Source: a virus
IMG/VR virus record: IMGVR_UViG_3300045988_159115
DNA: 64,000 bases
Reading direction: 5' to 3' (one strand)
A program made the position numbers and the translations under genes. Positions 18,514-27,073 of this stretch are shown one piece after another (position 1 is the first letter of the stretch; each line of letters starts with the position of its first letter). The notes beneath the pieces were generated by a model that worked only from the letters and a program-made list of their open reading frames with translations, was not told where the DNA came from and did not search any database.

Positions 18514-18711
18514 ATGACAAACGATACTGCGCACTTCTATCCCTCTATGACCATGACACAGGCCGAGCTTATAGCTAGACTCACTTTTCCAGGAGGAGCA
18601 TTTAGATATGTCTCTAAATGGGAAGCTGACGAAGCTGCGGCTCGCGGAGAGAACTTGATTTATATCAAGCCTCCAATTGAATACTCATTGCAGATTCCCA
18701 ACCATCTGTAA
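18514..18711 (+). CDS. hypothetical protein (65 aa)
   Basis: The first ATG lies downstream of the early-type promoter at 18416-18433. Terminator at 18723-18766. Confidence 0.5.
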   Translation: MTNDTAHFYPSMTMTQAELIARLTFPGGAFRYVSKWEADEAAARGENLIYIKPPIEYSLQIPNHL

Positions 18712-18763
18712 TTAGTATTAGGAGAAAGTTGGTTCTTATATGGCTTCTTACAACTTTCTTTTT

Positions 18764-18779
18764 TTAATGATATATTATA
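18764..18779 (+). promoter_or_regulatory. early-type promoter motif TTAATGATATATTATA
   Basis: Directly follows the terminator at 18723-18766; oriented toward the 18849-20502 operon. Confidence 0.6.
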
Positions 18780-18848
18780 AATATGATAGGCAGGAAGGAT
18801 GTGAAAAATTTATATGCCGAAATCGTTCAAATTGAAAGGAGTATAAAA

Positions 18849-19235
18849 ATGATCATTAACGGTAATCGAATTGATTTGCTGGAAGACATGCAAACTGTCA
18901 TGGCAGAAAGGAAGGAGAAGGAATACTATTTCTCCTTCCATAATATCCGGCATGACATTTTCAGCACATGCTGTGACATGGAAGTCGTCACCAAATCTTC
19001 TGATGGCGAGTCTAAGGATACGTTTGGTATGACTATTATCGGAGAGAATATCTCTGACACTGGCCGCATTGCTGAGATGTTCTATGATGCAATGCGTACG
19101 AACGAATCTTTTGGTGTTTTCACTCTCATCAACGAGCATCCTGTTTCTGGTAAACGGATCCAGGTGAAAGAAAAAGATACCGACGGTAAAGAGAAGCAGA
19201 TTACGATCATTTTCTATGTGAAAGGAGTGATTTGA
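18849..19235 (+). CDS. hypothetical protein (128 aa)
   Basis: ATG with AAAGGAG 8 nt upstream; early-type promoter at 18764-18779. Confidence 0.65.
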   Translation: MIINGNRIDLLEDMQTVMAERKEKEYYFSFHNIRHDIFSTCCDMEVVTKSSDGESKDTFGMTIIGENISDTGRIAEMFYDAMRTNESFGVFTLINEHPVSGKRIQVKEKDTDGKEKQITIIFYVKGVI

Positions 19236-19237
19236 GA

Positions 19238-19627
19238 ATGAGAGTAGAACGCGAACGCAAGTCTACGAAAAACGAGCGTGGGCTAAATGACCGCTTTGTC
19301 ATTGAGGATTATGATGGACTTGGGAGTTATCTCATAATCTCTCCCGAGAAGTTTGACATAAGCCTTGACGGCTTTGTAGATGTTACTTATCAACTTCGAA
19401 ATGACCGGTGTGCAGAGCATATTGCGGTGCATATCTCGTATGATACTATCTTACATGCATCGGGCAAGATTAACGTCGCTGACATCTGCGAAGGCATTTT
19501 CTCCAATAAGGATAATATTTGCAATATTATCCAGGCGTACCCTGGCGCTTACATTCCGATCAAATTCGATGCGGACCCGTATCAGTATGGGTTTAACAGT
19601 GGCTATATGAAAAAGGAGGATTATTAA
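19238..19627 (+). CDS. hypothetical protein (129 aa)
   Basis: ATG preceded by AAAGGAG inside the end of the previous ORF. Confidence 0.6.
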   Translation: MRVERERKSTKNERGLNDRFVIEDYDGLGSYLIISPEKFDISLDGFVDVTYQLRNDRCAEHIAVHISYDTILHASGKINVADICEGIFSNKDNICNIIQAYPGAYIPIKFDADPYQYGFNSGYMKKEDY

Positions 19628-19628
19628 G

Positions 19629-20084
19629 ATGATGGAATATTTTTCTGGTGAGTATTACGTAGTTAAGGGGTCTGACAAGAACTACATGTTCTACAACCAT
19701 ACGGCAGTTCATGATGACCGCACCGAGGAGCGTGGAGACGAGTTTTACAACACCTTCAATATGATCTACCGGGACAGTGAAGGGAAGCTTCAGGAACGAA
19801 TCTTTGAAGCATCCGCTCAGCTGAGCGATAAGAAGGTTGTTGCATTCTCCTGTGACACCTTCCATTATCTCATGATTGAGATGATGAATAACCCGATGAA
19901 GCTCGGTTCCGTTGTCCGGAATCTTATCTTCGAGAAGCCGAAGTCTATCGTTCTGAACGACTTCAACCTTGAGATGCTGAAGGATGAGTGCGATTCCGAT
20001 GAGGTGATTCAGGTGACGGGTCCCAATCAGGATGACGTCATCGTTACCTTCAAGCCCATCTCTCCTACCACAAGAAAGGACTGA
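19629..20084 (+). CDS. hypothetical protein (151 aa)
   Basis: SD AAGGAGGA. Confidence 0.65.
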   Translation: MMEYFSGEYYVVKGSDKNYMFYNHTAVHDDRTEERGDEFYNTFNMIYRDSEGKLQERIFEASAQLSDKKVVAFSCDTFHYLMIEMMNNPMKLGSVVRNLIFEKPKSIVLNDFNLEMLKDECDSDEVIQVTGPNQDDVIVTFKPISPTTRKD

Positions 20085-20088
20085 TAAC

Positions 20089-20502
20089 GTGACCGATCAT
20101 TACAAGGTTTTTGCAGATCAGATCATTGCGAAAGAAGTCTATAACGAGAGCGATGATACGGTTTATACCATCGTGCCTTGCAGCTCTGGTATGGATGCTT
20201 GTCCTGGAACTGATGGTTATTACGCAATGATCTGGCATAACGCTTCTGGCTTCTCTTCGAAGTTCTTTAAGCTCTCTGTGGTTAAGAAAGAAGAGATTGC
20301 TGACTATTGCACTGCCGATCGGATGTGTGAAGAGGTTATCACAGATACCAGGTCTCTCATTAAGCTGATTAGCAATTTGAATGCTGGCACTATGACGCAG
20401 TGTCTCGTACATCTGTCTCTTCCCTCCGAGCATAACGGATATTTTAACGGAGCTTTTCGTCAGGAATATGACATCGTCGTTGCAATTACTCCGGTGAAAT
20501 AA
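20089..20502 (+). CDS. hypothetical protein (137 aa)
   Basis: GTG start with AAAGGA 8 nt upstream, which avoids a 50-nt overlap with the previous ORF. Terminator at 20505-20548. Confidence 0.5.
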   Translation: MTDHYKVFADQIIAKEVYNESDDTVYTIVPCSSGMDACPGTDGYYAMIWHNASGFSSKFFKLSVVKKEEIADYCTADRMCEEVITDTRSLIKLISNLNAGTMTQCLVHLSLPSEHNGYFNGAFRQEYDIVVAITPVK

Positions 20503-20504
20503 AT

Positions 20505-20548
20505 AAAAAAGAAGGAGCCAAACCATTTTCGGTGGCTCCTTCTTTTTT
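20505..20548. terminator. bidirectional terminator
   Basis: AAGAAGGAGCCA / TGGCTCCTTCTT flanked by A- and T-runs. Confidence 0.7.
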
Positions 20549-20552
20549 GTAA

Positions 20553-22037
20553 TTATGGAATGATGCTCTTTTGAAAAACACCTTTACACTTTGCTCGGAG
20601 AATTGGAAGTTTGTTGACGAGCTGTCTTTCACAAGGCTCGAACCCAATATCAATCAAATCGTAGAAGTAGGTATCGTCTGTCGGACTATACTCACGCAAT
20701 CTACCAGATAATTGATTTGCGATTATTTTAGATGAGAACGGTGTGGTATTGATAATGGATCTTAAGTCTTTGATATCAACGCCAGTACCACAGCTCTGGA
20801 TCGTAGAAATAATAACGTCCACACTGGATTTAGCCATTTCATTCTCTTCTTTTTTATTCTTAGAATGAATTGTGCCAATGGTTCTTCCATCCAAAATTTC
20901 AGGGTGCTTCTTAAAGTATTCACAGATGTAATTGATATTATCAATTTTTGGTACTGTGATAAGAATTTTCCCTTTATGCTTCTTTGCTTCTTCAAATACC
21001 TGTAATAGAACTTTCATGAGAGAGTTCTTTGGATCTTCGTCAAATGCCCACATTGCAAATAGCAGTGAACTAAATCCTTTATACGTATCACATTTCTTTT
21101 TCCAATACGAAGTTGGATTAGAACGATAAGTGATTGGGTAATACAGGATATGCTTCCTACTTACAGCAGTAGAAGTTTCTTCCAATGCTTTATTTGACCG
21201 ATAACGGTAGACAGATGCGAAGCACCGTTCATAGAGGTGGGCTTCTTGATCATCACTTCGAGTGAAGTTTGCTGTCAGATAATAGGTTCTTACAGTATCA
21301 CTGAAGTAATCCACATAAATGACATTTCGGAAACAAAGATGTGCTTCATCGTATACTTTGACTCCGATTTTCACTTCATGGAAAAACTCTTTTAAAGCGT
21401 CTTCCCCTTTATTTCGAGCATAAGTTTGAAGAGTCTGATGGTTAACGAAGTAGATATCTCCTTCGATGGAACCATCAATAATTCCATCCATCGTCCCACT
21501 ACCAACGATATTGATGAGTCTATCAGGATCAATATCGGTTTTTTCATGGAACGTGTTAATCCATTGCTCTTTGATTTTATCCTGTGTTGTAATGATCATA
21601 GTCCTTGCTTTCATGGAAATGATTGCATTGACCATGCAGTACGTTTTCCCAAATCCAGTTTGAAGAATCAATGCTTGCTGACTGGATACGGAAAACCCAG
21701 AATATTTCCCACTTGCAGTTAAGAAATTGATGCAGTCTTTTTGCAAATCGTCTCTTGGAGCAACCGTCATATTTGCATCTTTGAATGTGCGGTATGGATC
21801 GTGGTCATATACCATAATTGCTTTTGTATTGAAGTAATTTTCAAGATAAGCAACGTCCATACCTCTAGGAAGATACAGTTTATCGTCTTTTATCAAATAG
21901 ACACCGTTTACATATCGGTGTCTCAAATTATCCCATGTACAAAATCTTTTTTCGATTTTGAATTCTTCACCTTTTTCATAGGGAGATATTTCGATGTGAG
22001 TATGAAATACACGGATTGTTTTTGTATCGTATCCCAT
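20553..22037 (-). CDS. superfamily-2 DNA/RNA helicase (DEAH-box type)
   Basis: Walker A LQTGFGKTYC, motif II VYDEAHL, and a C-terminal helicase domain (IISTIQSCGTGVDIKDL, QLSGRLRE). ACA-N6-TA motif at 22062-22077. Confidence 0.8.
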   Translation of the reverse strand: MGYDTKTIRVFHTHIEISPYEKGEEFKIEKRFCTWDNLRHRYVNGVYLIKDDKLYLPRGMDVAYLENYFNTKAIMVYDHDPYRTFKDANMTVAPRDDLQKDCINFLTASGKYSGFSVSSQQALILQTGFGKTYCMVNAIISMKARTMIITTQDKIKEQWINTFHEKTDIDPDRLINIVGSGTMDGIIDGSIEGDIYFVNHQTLQTYARNKGEDALKEFFHEVKIGVKVYDEAHLCFRNVIYVDYFSDTVRTYYLTANFTRSDDQEAHLYERCFASVYRYRSNKALEETSTAVSRKHILYYPITYRSNPTSYWKKKCDTYKGFSSLLFAMWAFDEDPKNSLMKVLLQVFEEAKKHKGKILITVPKIDNINYICEYFKKHPEILDGRTIGTIHSKNKKEENEMAKSSVDVIISTIQSCGTGVDIKDLRSIINTTPFSSKIIANQLSGRLREYSPTDDTYFYDLIDIGFEPCERQLVNKLPILRAKCKGVFQKSIIP

Positions 22038-22061
22038 ATCCTTCTTCCCTCCTTAGAGTTT

Positions 22062-22077
22062 CTATGTGTATGTTTTT
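22062..22077 (-). promoter_or_regulatory. ACA-N6-TA motif (AAAAACATACACATAG)
   Basis: 25 nt upstream of the helicase start. Confidence 0.45.
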
Positions 22078-22223
22078 TTGGCAATATGATGGAATAGCAG
22101 TCGGTATCAACCCGTATACCAACTGCTATTCCAATATACTTTTTATCTTCATTCAGCAAGGCCCAACAATTCTTCTTCGTATAGGATCTTACTTGCGTTC
22201 TGGTGGCTACTACATTAATAAAA

Positions 22224-22676
22224 TCATTTCTTTTCGAACGAATCATGCTTGAGATGATCATAACAGACATCGCGAATATGTTTGATAGCCATCTCTGCTT
22301 TACCATTCGGAATATCGTTATCAACACAGTAAGCCTCATATTTCTTGCACTGTTCGAGAATATGGTTATATTGCTCTTCAGTGTGCCGATCGTTGTTGTC
22401 TCGAATTTCACTCTCAAATTGAAAAATCTCATATCGGTATTGAGCGACTTTAAAGTCCTGGAAATCTTTTTTCTGCTCTTCCTGAGCTTTCTTTAACGCA
22501 TCCAATTCCGTTTTGAGGCCAGAGTTCATTTTGTCTCCCATCCATTTGAGAATCATTGTAATTGGGTTGAACTTAATAGGAGAAATCTCGATGATCGTGC
22601 CAGAAGCGATTAGATAGATTAGCGCCTGTCCAATCGCTTTGGCGAGGTCACCAGAATCCATGTTGAATAAGCCCAT
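22224..22676 (-). CDS. N-terminally membrane-anchored coiled-coil protein (possible lysis-associated)
   Basis: SD GAGGT. It has a hydrophobic N-terminus (AIGQALIYLIASGTIIEI) followed by a coiled coil, and it is divergent from the endolysin. The function is only guessed from context. Confidence 0.55.
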   Translation of the reverse strand: MGLFNMDSGDLAKAIGQALIYLIASGTIIEISPIKFNPITMILKWMGDKMNSGLKTELDALKKAQEEQKKDFQDFKVAQYRYEIFQFESEIRDNNDRHTEEQYNHILEQCKKYEAYCVDNDIPNGKAEMAIKHIRDVCYDHLKHDSFEKK

Positions 22677-22768
22677 GTCGTTACCTCGCTTACAAAAGAT
22701 TCAATAATGCATGAAGGTGTTACCCTGTCATGCAAGTATTATATGTCTGTTGCATGACCCCAGACCCC

Positions 22769-22784
22769 GTAACACATACATAAT
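22769..22784 (+). promoter_or_regulatory. ACA-N6-TAAT motif (GTAACACATACATAAT)
   Basis: 29 nt upstream of the endolysin start. Confidence 0.5.
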
Positions 22785-22812
22785 TCTGTGACGATGAAAG
22801 GAGTAATATATT

Positions 22813-23457
22813 ATGGGTAACGTAAAGACCTATCCTCGTACACCGGATGTGAATCTTTCAAGTCATTTTGCACTGCATGAATTTGCATGTAAGGATAACG
22901 GCGTGAGCAAGACTGTCCTTGTTGATGATGAACTGGTTCAGCGTCTTGAGACTCTTCGGAGTCGTCTTGGCGGAAAAGCCATCAATATCAATTCTGGTTA
23001 TCGTTCTCCCGCTCACGATAAGGCAGTTGGCGGTTCTGGTAGGGGTTTCCATACGAGAGGCATGGCAGCTGATATCTGGGTTCAGGGCCTTACTTGTGTT
23101 CAGCTCGGCATGCTTGCAAAGGAAGTTGGCTTCCGTGGTATTGGTATGTATCATCGTAAGCCTTCTGAGCAGGTTGTCCATGTTGACACACGCCCGTCTC
23201 CGTGTAAGTGGCTTTGCCGTTCTGGTGCAAAGTACAATTACATCCAGAACTTCATGCCTACGGTATCTCCTACTTCTCAGGGTGATACAAACAAGACTGC
23301 AACCATTATGCTTCAGTCTTGCCTTGGCATCGCTGAAGATGGGAAGTACGGTCCTGCAACAGTTGCTGCTGTTAAGAAGTTCCAGGCTGCGCATGGTCTG
23401 ACTGCTGATGGTATCTGCGGTGTTATGACTTGGAAAGAAATCGGTAAGATTCGTTAA
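22813..23457 (+). CDS. endolysin: zinc peptidase M15-type catalytic domain plus PG_binding_1-type cell-wall binding domain
   Basis: SGYRSPAHDKAVGGSGRGFHTRGMAADI ... VVHVD gives the H-x..D / H metal-ligand pattern of the M15/YcbK-like family. The C-terminal DGKYGPATVAAVKKFQAAHGLTADGICGVMTWKEI is a classic peptidoglycan-binding repeat. Confidence 0.85.
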   Translation: MGNVKTYPRTPDVNLSSHFALHEFACKDNGVSKTVLVDDELVQRLETLRSRLGGKAININSGYRSPAHDKAVGGSGRGFHTRGMAADIWVQGLTCVQLGMLAKEVGFRGIGMYHRKPSEQVVHVDTRPSPCKWLCRSGAKYNYIQNFMPTVSPTSQGDTNKTATIMLQSCLGIAEDGKYGPATVAAVKKFQAAHGLTADGICGVMTWKEIGKIR

Positions 23458-23464
23458 GACTACA

Positions 23465-23506
23465 AAAAAGACAACGGAAATCGTATTTGAAATCCGTTGT
23501 CTTTTT
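23465..23506. terminator. bidirectional terminator after the endolysin
   Basis: AAAAAGACAACGGA / TCCGTTGTCTTTTT. Confidence 0.7.
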
Positions 23507-23508
23507 CT

Positions 23509-24267
23509 TTACCGCATCATACTGATCCAGTATTGGCCAGTCTCAAAAAGAATTGTATTTGGATAATCTTCCTGAGAGATACCCTCAATACCTTCCACAT
23601 TAGGAGCGATAATCGTTACGTTTTTTAAATTATTGCATGTAAGCAGTCCAACTACGTTGCCAGTATACCCAGCTCCAATGAGATACAAACTCCGAAGTTG
23701 AGTGCAACGCACAAGTCTCTCTATATTGCCATCCTTGGCTTTGTGAATATCACCATCAAGTTTCATGAAGCGGATTGTATCACTGATATCACTCATCTTG
23801 AACTTCTCAATGAAACAGTTCGGACTGACAATCAAGCTTTCAAGCCGTTCAAGATTTCCGATATACTCGGACTCCACAGTGATATGATCGAGGAGGGATA
23901 AATAGTCAATGTATTCAACATCGCCAAAGAATCCGACACAGCATGTGTCATTATTCAGTGGCTTAATTGAAAATCGAACGACATAATTCGTCCGCAAGCA
24001 TTTCTTTCGGAATGCATGCATTGATTTATTGGATTCGCCCTCATCAGACCACAGAACACAATTGCTGCTATGGTAAATGAATACTTTTGGCGGACGAAGT
24101 TTTTTATCTCCGAAGATATCATGCCGTAAGCAAACTTCAAAATTGATTTCGTGAATGATTGCTTGATTCGGCACTTTATATCGAAGAATAAGACGCTTCA
24201 TCCCTTTCACACTACGCTTCGGATTTGCATTAAGTTCTTCTATGAACTTTCTCTCACTAGCGTTCAA
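23509..24267 (-). CDS. leucine-rich-repeat-like protein (252 aa)
   Basis: TTG start with GGGAAAGGA upstream. The C-terminal half shows an LRR-like periodicity (LERLESLIVSPN.., CTQLRSLYLIGAGYTGNVVGLLTCNNLKNVTIIAPNVEGIEGI). Confidence 0.5.
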   Translation of the reverse strand: MNASERKFIEELNANPKRSVKGMKRLILRYKVPNQAIIHEINFEVCLRHDIFGDKKLRPPKVFIYHSSNCVLWSDEGESNKSMHAFRKKCLRTNYVVRFSIKPLNNDTCCVGFFGDVEYIDYLSLLDHITVESEYIGNLERLESLIVSPNCFIEKFKMSDISDTIRFMKLDGDIHKAKDGNIERLVRCTQLRSLYLIGAGYTGNVVGLLTCNNLKNVTIIAPNVEGIEGISQEDYPNTILFETGQYWISMMR

Positions 24268-24270
24268 TTT

Positions 24271-24810
24271 TTACAGATCCTTTCCCTCGTCATATTCTAC
24301 GTCTGTCAGATTCGTAAGAAATTTTATGCCATCGGAAGTATACCCAGAGATATTGGTATTCTTGATGTTGAGGAATCGTAAGAAGATGCACTTGTAAAGA
24401 TCAGAGAATTTCCCGTAAACATCAGTGCAATTAACATCCAAGTATTCCAAGGAAGTCATCATGCCAAAATCCGACAAAGGATTCGTGATGCTTGTGTTGG
24501 CTACAGTAATCTTTGTAACCCGGTTTGCTTTTGGAATATAGAGCACAGTATCTTCACCTTTCGGAAAAGAAATGACGCTTGTCTTACCATCCGTAGTCCA
24601 GATGGTATCCTGATCTACGTATCTATTTCCACGACGCACCTTCGAAGTGATTACCTGATTGATACAGGAAGTGATATACACGGTATTCGTTTCGTGAGGG
24701 CTCTTCTCATCTTTTCTAAAGAAGAGATATAAGCCATCATCGTGCTTGGAATAGCGCACACGCAGTCTTGTCACACATTGCTTCATTCGTTTCCATAAAG
24801 TCGTCACCAT
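24271..24810 (-). CDS. leucine-rich-repeat-like protein (179 aa)
   Basis: SD GGAGG and an early-type promoter at 24867-24880. The C-terminus MTSLEYLDVNCTDVYGKFSDLYKCIFLRFLNIKNTNISGYTSDGIKFLTNLTDV is LRR-like. Confidence 0.5.
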   Translation of the reverse strand: MVTTLWKRMKQCVTRLRVRYSKHDDGLYLFFRKDEKSPHETNTVYITSCINQVITSKVRRGNRYVDQDTIWTTDGKTSVISFPKGEDTVLYIPKANRVTKITVANTSITNPLSDFGMMTSLEYLDVNCTDVYGKFSDLYKCIFLRFLNIKNTNISGYTSDGIKFLTNLTDVEYDEGKDL

Positions 24811-24866
24811 AATAATTCCTCCAAGTTTTTATATTCATGAGCTTCTTTTCATCTACTCACTATAAT

Positions 24867-24880
24867 TATAATATATAATC
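24867..24880 (-). promoter_or_regulatory. early-type promoter motif (minus strand GATTATATATTATA)
   Basis: Oriented toward the LRR-like genes 24810-23509. Confidence 0.6.
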
Positions 24881-25016
24881 AAAAACAATTAGGTAGAAAT
24901 GTTTTCCTTCTTCCTTTCAAATTTTGGTCGGTCGAACACGCGCGGGCAAAATCATATGATCCAGACTGCTGTAACGTCTTAGATTACAGTAGTCTGGATT
25001 ATGCTTTATTAGACAA

Positions 25017-25063
25017 GAAAAATCCCTATGGAATACCAGTATAAGTATCCATAGGGATTTTTT
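25017..25063. terminator. bidirectional terminator
   Basis: AAAAATCCCTATGGA / TCCATAGGGATTTTTT. Confidence 0.7.
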
Positions 25064-25080
25064 ATGCTAGAGGATAAAGA

Positions 25081-26451
25081 TCACTTTTCCTCATCAGTTG
25101 ATGTAGACGCTGAATCCTCAGTGGGAGGAGTCGTAGTCTCTGAAGGAGTCTCTTCCTTTACACTACCCTCTTCAGTTGAGTCAGTGGAAGGAGTCTCGAC
25201 GGTTTCATCGGGCTTATTCTCAGTCTCAGTCTCCTCAGTTGATCCTGCGGCTTCAGAAGACTGATCGGTGCCAGATGCCTCAGTGGACTCACCCTTCTCG
25301 GTTGTGTCAGTGGATGCATCGGTTTCACCAGTCACAGTATCGGTGGTTTCGCCTTCTGAAGTAGACTTATCTTCGGAGGAACCAGGATTGGTTTCATCCG
25401 TAGATTCAGGAGGAGTCACTGTACCATTATCGGTATCGGTAGTTTCACCAGATCCGGTTGTGTCAGTAGACTCACCAGGTTCGGTCGTTTCCGTACCGGT
25501 TGTCTCACCAGAGCCTTCCGTCTCAGTAGACTTATCCGGCTCAGGTGTTTCAGTCTTAGTCTCCTCAGACTTCTTAGCAGCATCGAGTTCAGACTGGAGA
25601 CGGTCGTTCTTTGCCTTCTCAGCATTGAGCTCCTCTGTGGTATCATGGAGCTGCTTCCATGCGTCAGATGCGGAAGCTTCTGCATTATCAGCACGGTTAG
25701 TTGCATTAGCCAGATCCTTTTCGGTCTCAGCCTTAGAATCTTCAGCTTCCTTCTGAGCCTTCTCAGCGGCAGCCTTAGCAGCTTCTGCCTCAGCCTGTGC
25801 CTTCATAGCATCCTCAGCATTGACTCGAGCAATCTCAGCCTTATTCTCTGCATCGGCGATGCGATCAAACAGATCCATCAGAGCAGCAGTGACATTAGGC
25901 ATGTTGTACTGATCGAGAACCGTTCGATCACCGATCAGGCCAAGATAGTCGCTGTAGGTAAGCGGAGCGTCATATGCATCCGCAACAGACGTGTTAGGTT
26001 CAACGCCAAGCCTCTTATACAGATCAGCAATTGCACCAATGATAGTACCATCGCCGCCATAAGAATCCAGCAGAGATGCGTTGCCAATGGCATCCGCAAT
26101 ATTCAGACCAATCAGATCAGTATCCACAAAATCGGTGGAACCAACTGCCTGGTCTTCCATCGGACCGGTAACATTGCCATCCTTGTCAGCAACGACAAAT
26201 TCGGTACCAGAACCATTCGTAGCAGTACCGTCGCTGTCATCGACACTGGCAACAGCATCATCATCGAGACTCATAGGCTGAGCAGCAGGTGCGTCACTGA
26301 CAAGATTCTGAGCTGCGATTGAGCTATCCGAGATGAAGTATGTCTTCAGAGGATTATTCTTCTCAGCAGTTGTCAGCTTGTCGTAATTTGCTTGAGTAAT
26401 AACGATATTTTGTTCAGCGGTTGCAATGATCTCGTCATTAATTTTAATCAT
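25081..26451 (-). CDS. fibre/decoration-like protein: globular N-terminal region, Ala/Glu coiled coil, about 170-aa T/E/S/G-rich disordered tail
   Basis: SD AAAGGAGG; coiled coil AENKAEIARVNAEDAMKAQAEAEAAKAAAEKAQKEAEDSKAE; low-complexity tail (TETEGSGETTGTETTEPGESTDTTGSGETTDTD...). Confidence 0.6.
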   Translation of the reverse strand: MIKINDEIIATAEQNIVITQANYDKLTTAEKNNPLKTYFISDSSIAAQNLVSDAPAAQPMSLDDDAVASVDDSDGTATNGSGTEFVVADKDGNVTGPMEDQAVGSTDFVDTDLIGLNIADAIGNASLLDSYGGDGTIIGAIADLYKRLGVEPNTSVADAYDAPLTYSDYLGLIGDRTVLDQYNMPNVTAALMDLFDRIADAENKAEIARVNAEDAMKAQAEAEAAKAAAEKAQKEAEDSKAETEKDLANATNRADNAEASASDAWKQLHDTTEELNAEKAKNDRLQSELDAAKKSEETKTETPEPDKSTETEGSGETTGTETTEPGESTDTTGSGETTDTDNGTVTPPESTDETNPGSSEDKSTSEGETTDTVTGETDASTDTTEKGESTEASGTDQSSEAAGSTEETETENKPDETVETPSTDSTEEGSVKEETPSETTTPPTEDSASTSTDEEK

Positions 26452-26475
26452 TTCTGTTATCCTCCTTTCTTCTCA

Positions 26476-26991
26476 TTATACCTTGACAAATACCAGCTGA
26501 CCATTAATGAGAGCATCTGTAGCTACAGCGTAGGTAGAGATGTTCGTAAGGGTCAGTGCACCGGCAGCTGTACAAGAGAGTTTCAGGTTGATAACGCCCT
26601 TACTAGGAACGATTGTTGCGCTGGAATCAGTCTCTTCGACGTACATACCGCACATACCTGTTGTAAACACAACAGTGGAGGTCTCAATCTTCGGACGAAT
26701 GGTAGTACCAAGCGTAGAAATTGAGACGGATGCACCTGCTGCCAATGCTGCCTTAAGTTTAACATTGACCAGAGACAGTACAACCATCTCATGACTATTT
26801 GCATACGTGATACTACCCGAACTTGTATTGGCCAGAGTCAGAGAGCCGTTTGCAGTAGTTGTGAGCTCCTTCAATGCTGTCTGAACTGTGGTAGACGTAA
26901 TGCGGGTGCCGGATGTGGCAACTGAGACATTTGATGCCGGCAGTGTGGAACCACCAGCATATACGACGCCCGATTTTACAATCTTCGGCAT
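26476..26991 (-). CDS. beta-rich structural protein, fibre/receptor-binding-like (171 aa)
   Basis: S/T/A/V-rich sequence containing TTVQTALKEL, a motif recurrent in phage fibre proteins. ACA-N6-TAAT motif at 27057-27073. Confidence 0.5.
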   Translation of the reverse strand: MPKIVKSGVVYAGGSTLPASNVSVATSGTRITSTTVQTALKELTTTANGSLTLANTSSGSITYANSHEMVVLSLVNVKLKAALAAGASVSISTLGTTIRPKIETSTVVFTTGMCGMYVEETDSSATIVPSKGVINLKLSCTAAGALTLTNISTYAVATDALINGQLVFVKV

Positions 26992-27056
26992 ATAGATTTA
27001 TCACCCTTTCTTTAAGATTATTACCCAATATCGTTATAATAAAGGACAGATCAGGT

Positions 27057-27073
27057 ATTAGCTATATGTTTTT
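27057..27073 (-). promoter_or_regulatory. ACA-N6-TAAT motif (AAAAACATATAGCTAAT)
   Basis: Overlaps the TAA stop of the upstream gene; 66 nt upstream of 26991. Confidence 0.5.

Noticed and set aside
24925-25005. GC-rich patch GGTCGGTCGAACACGCGCGGGC followed by a hairpin of about 16 bp, considered as a tRNA or small RNA.
   Set aside because: No cloverleaf (acceptor, D, anticodon and T arms) can be drawn, and no promoter motif points at it. No tRNA-like sequence was recognised anywhere in the window by eye, although tRNAscan was not run.
25081-25600. Possible tandem DNA repeat or CRISPR-like array in the T/E/S-rich region.
   Set aside because: The repeats are short, degenerate and in-frame within a well-supported CDS. 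There is no repeat-spacer periodicity. No CRISPR array exists in the window.
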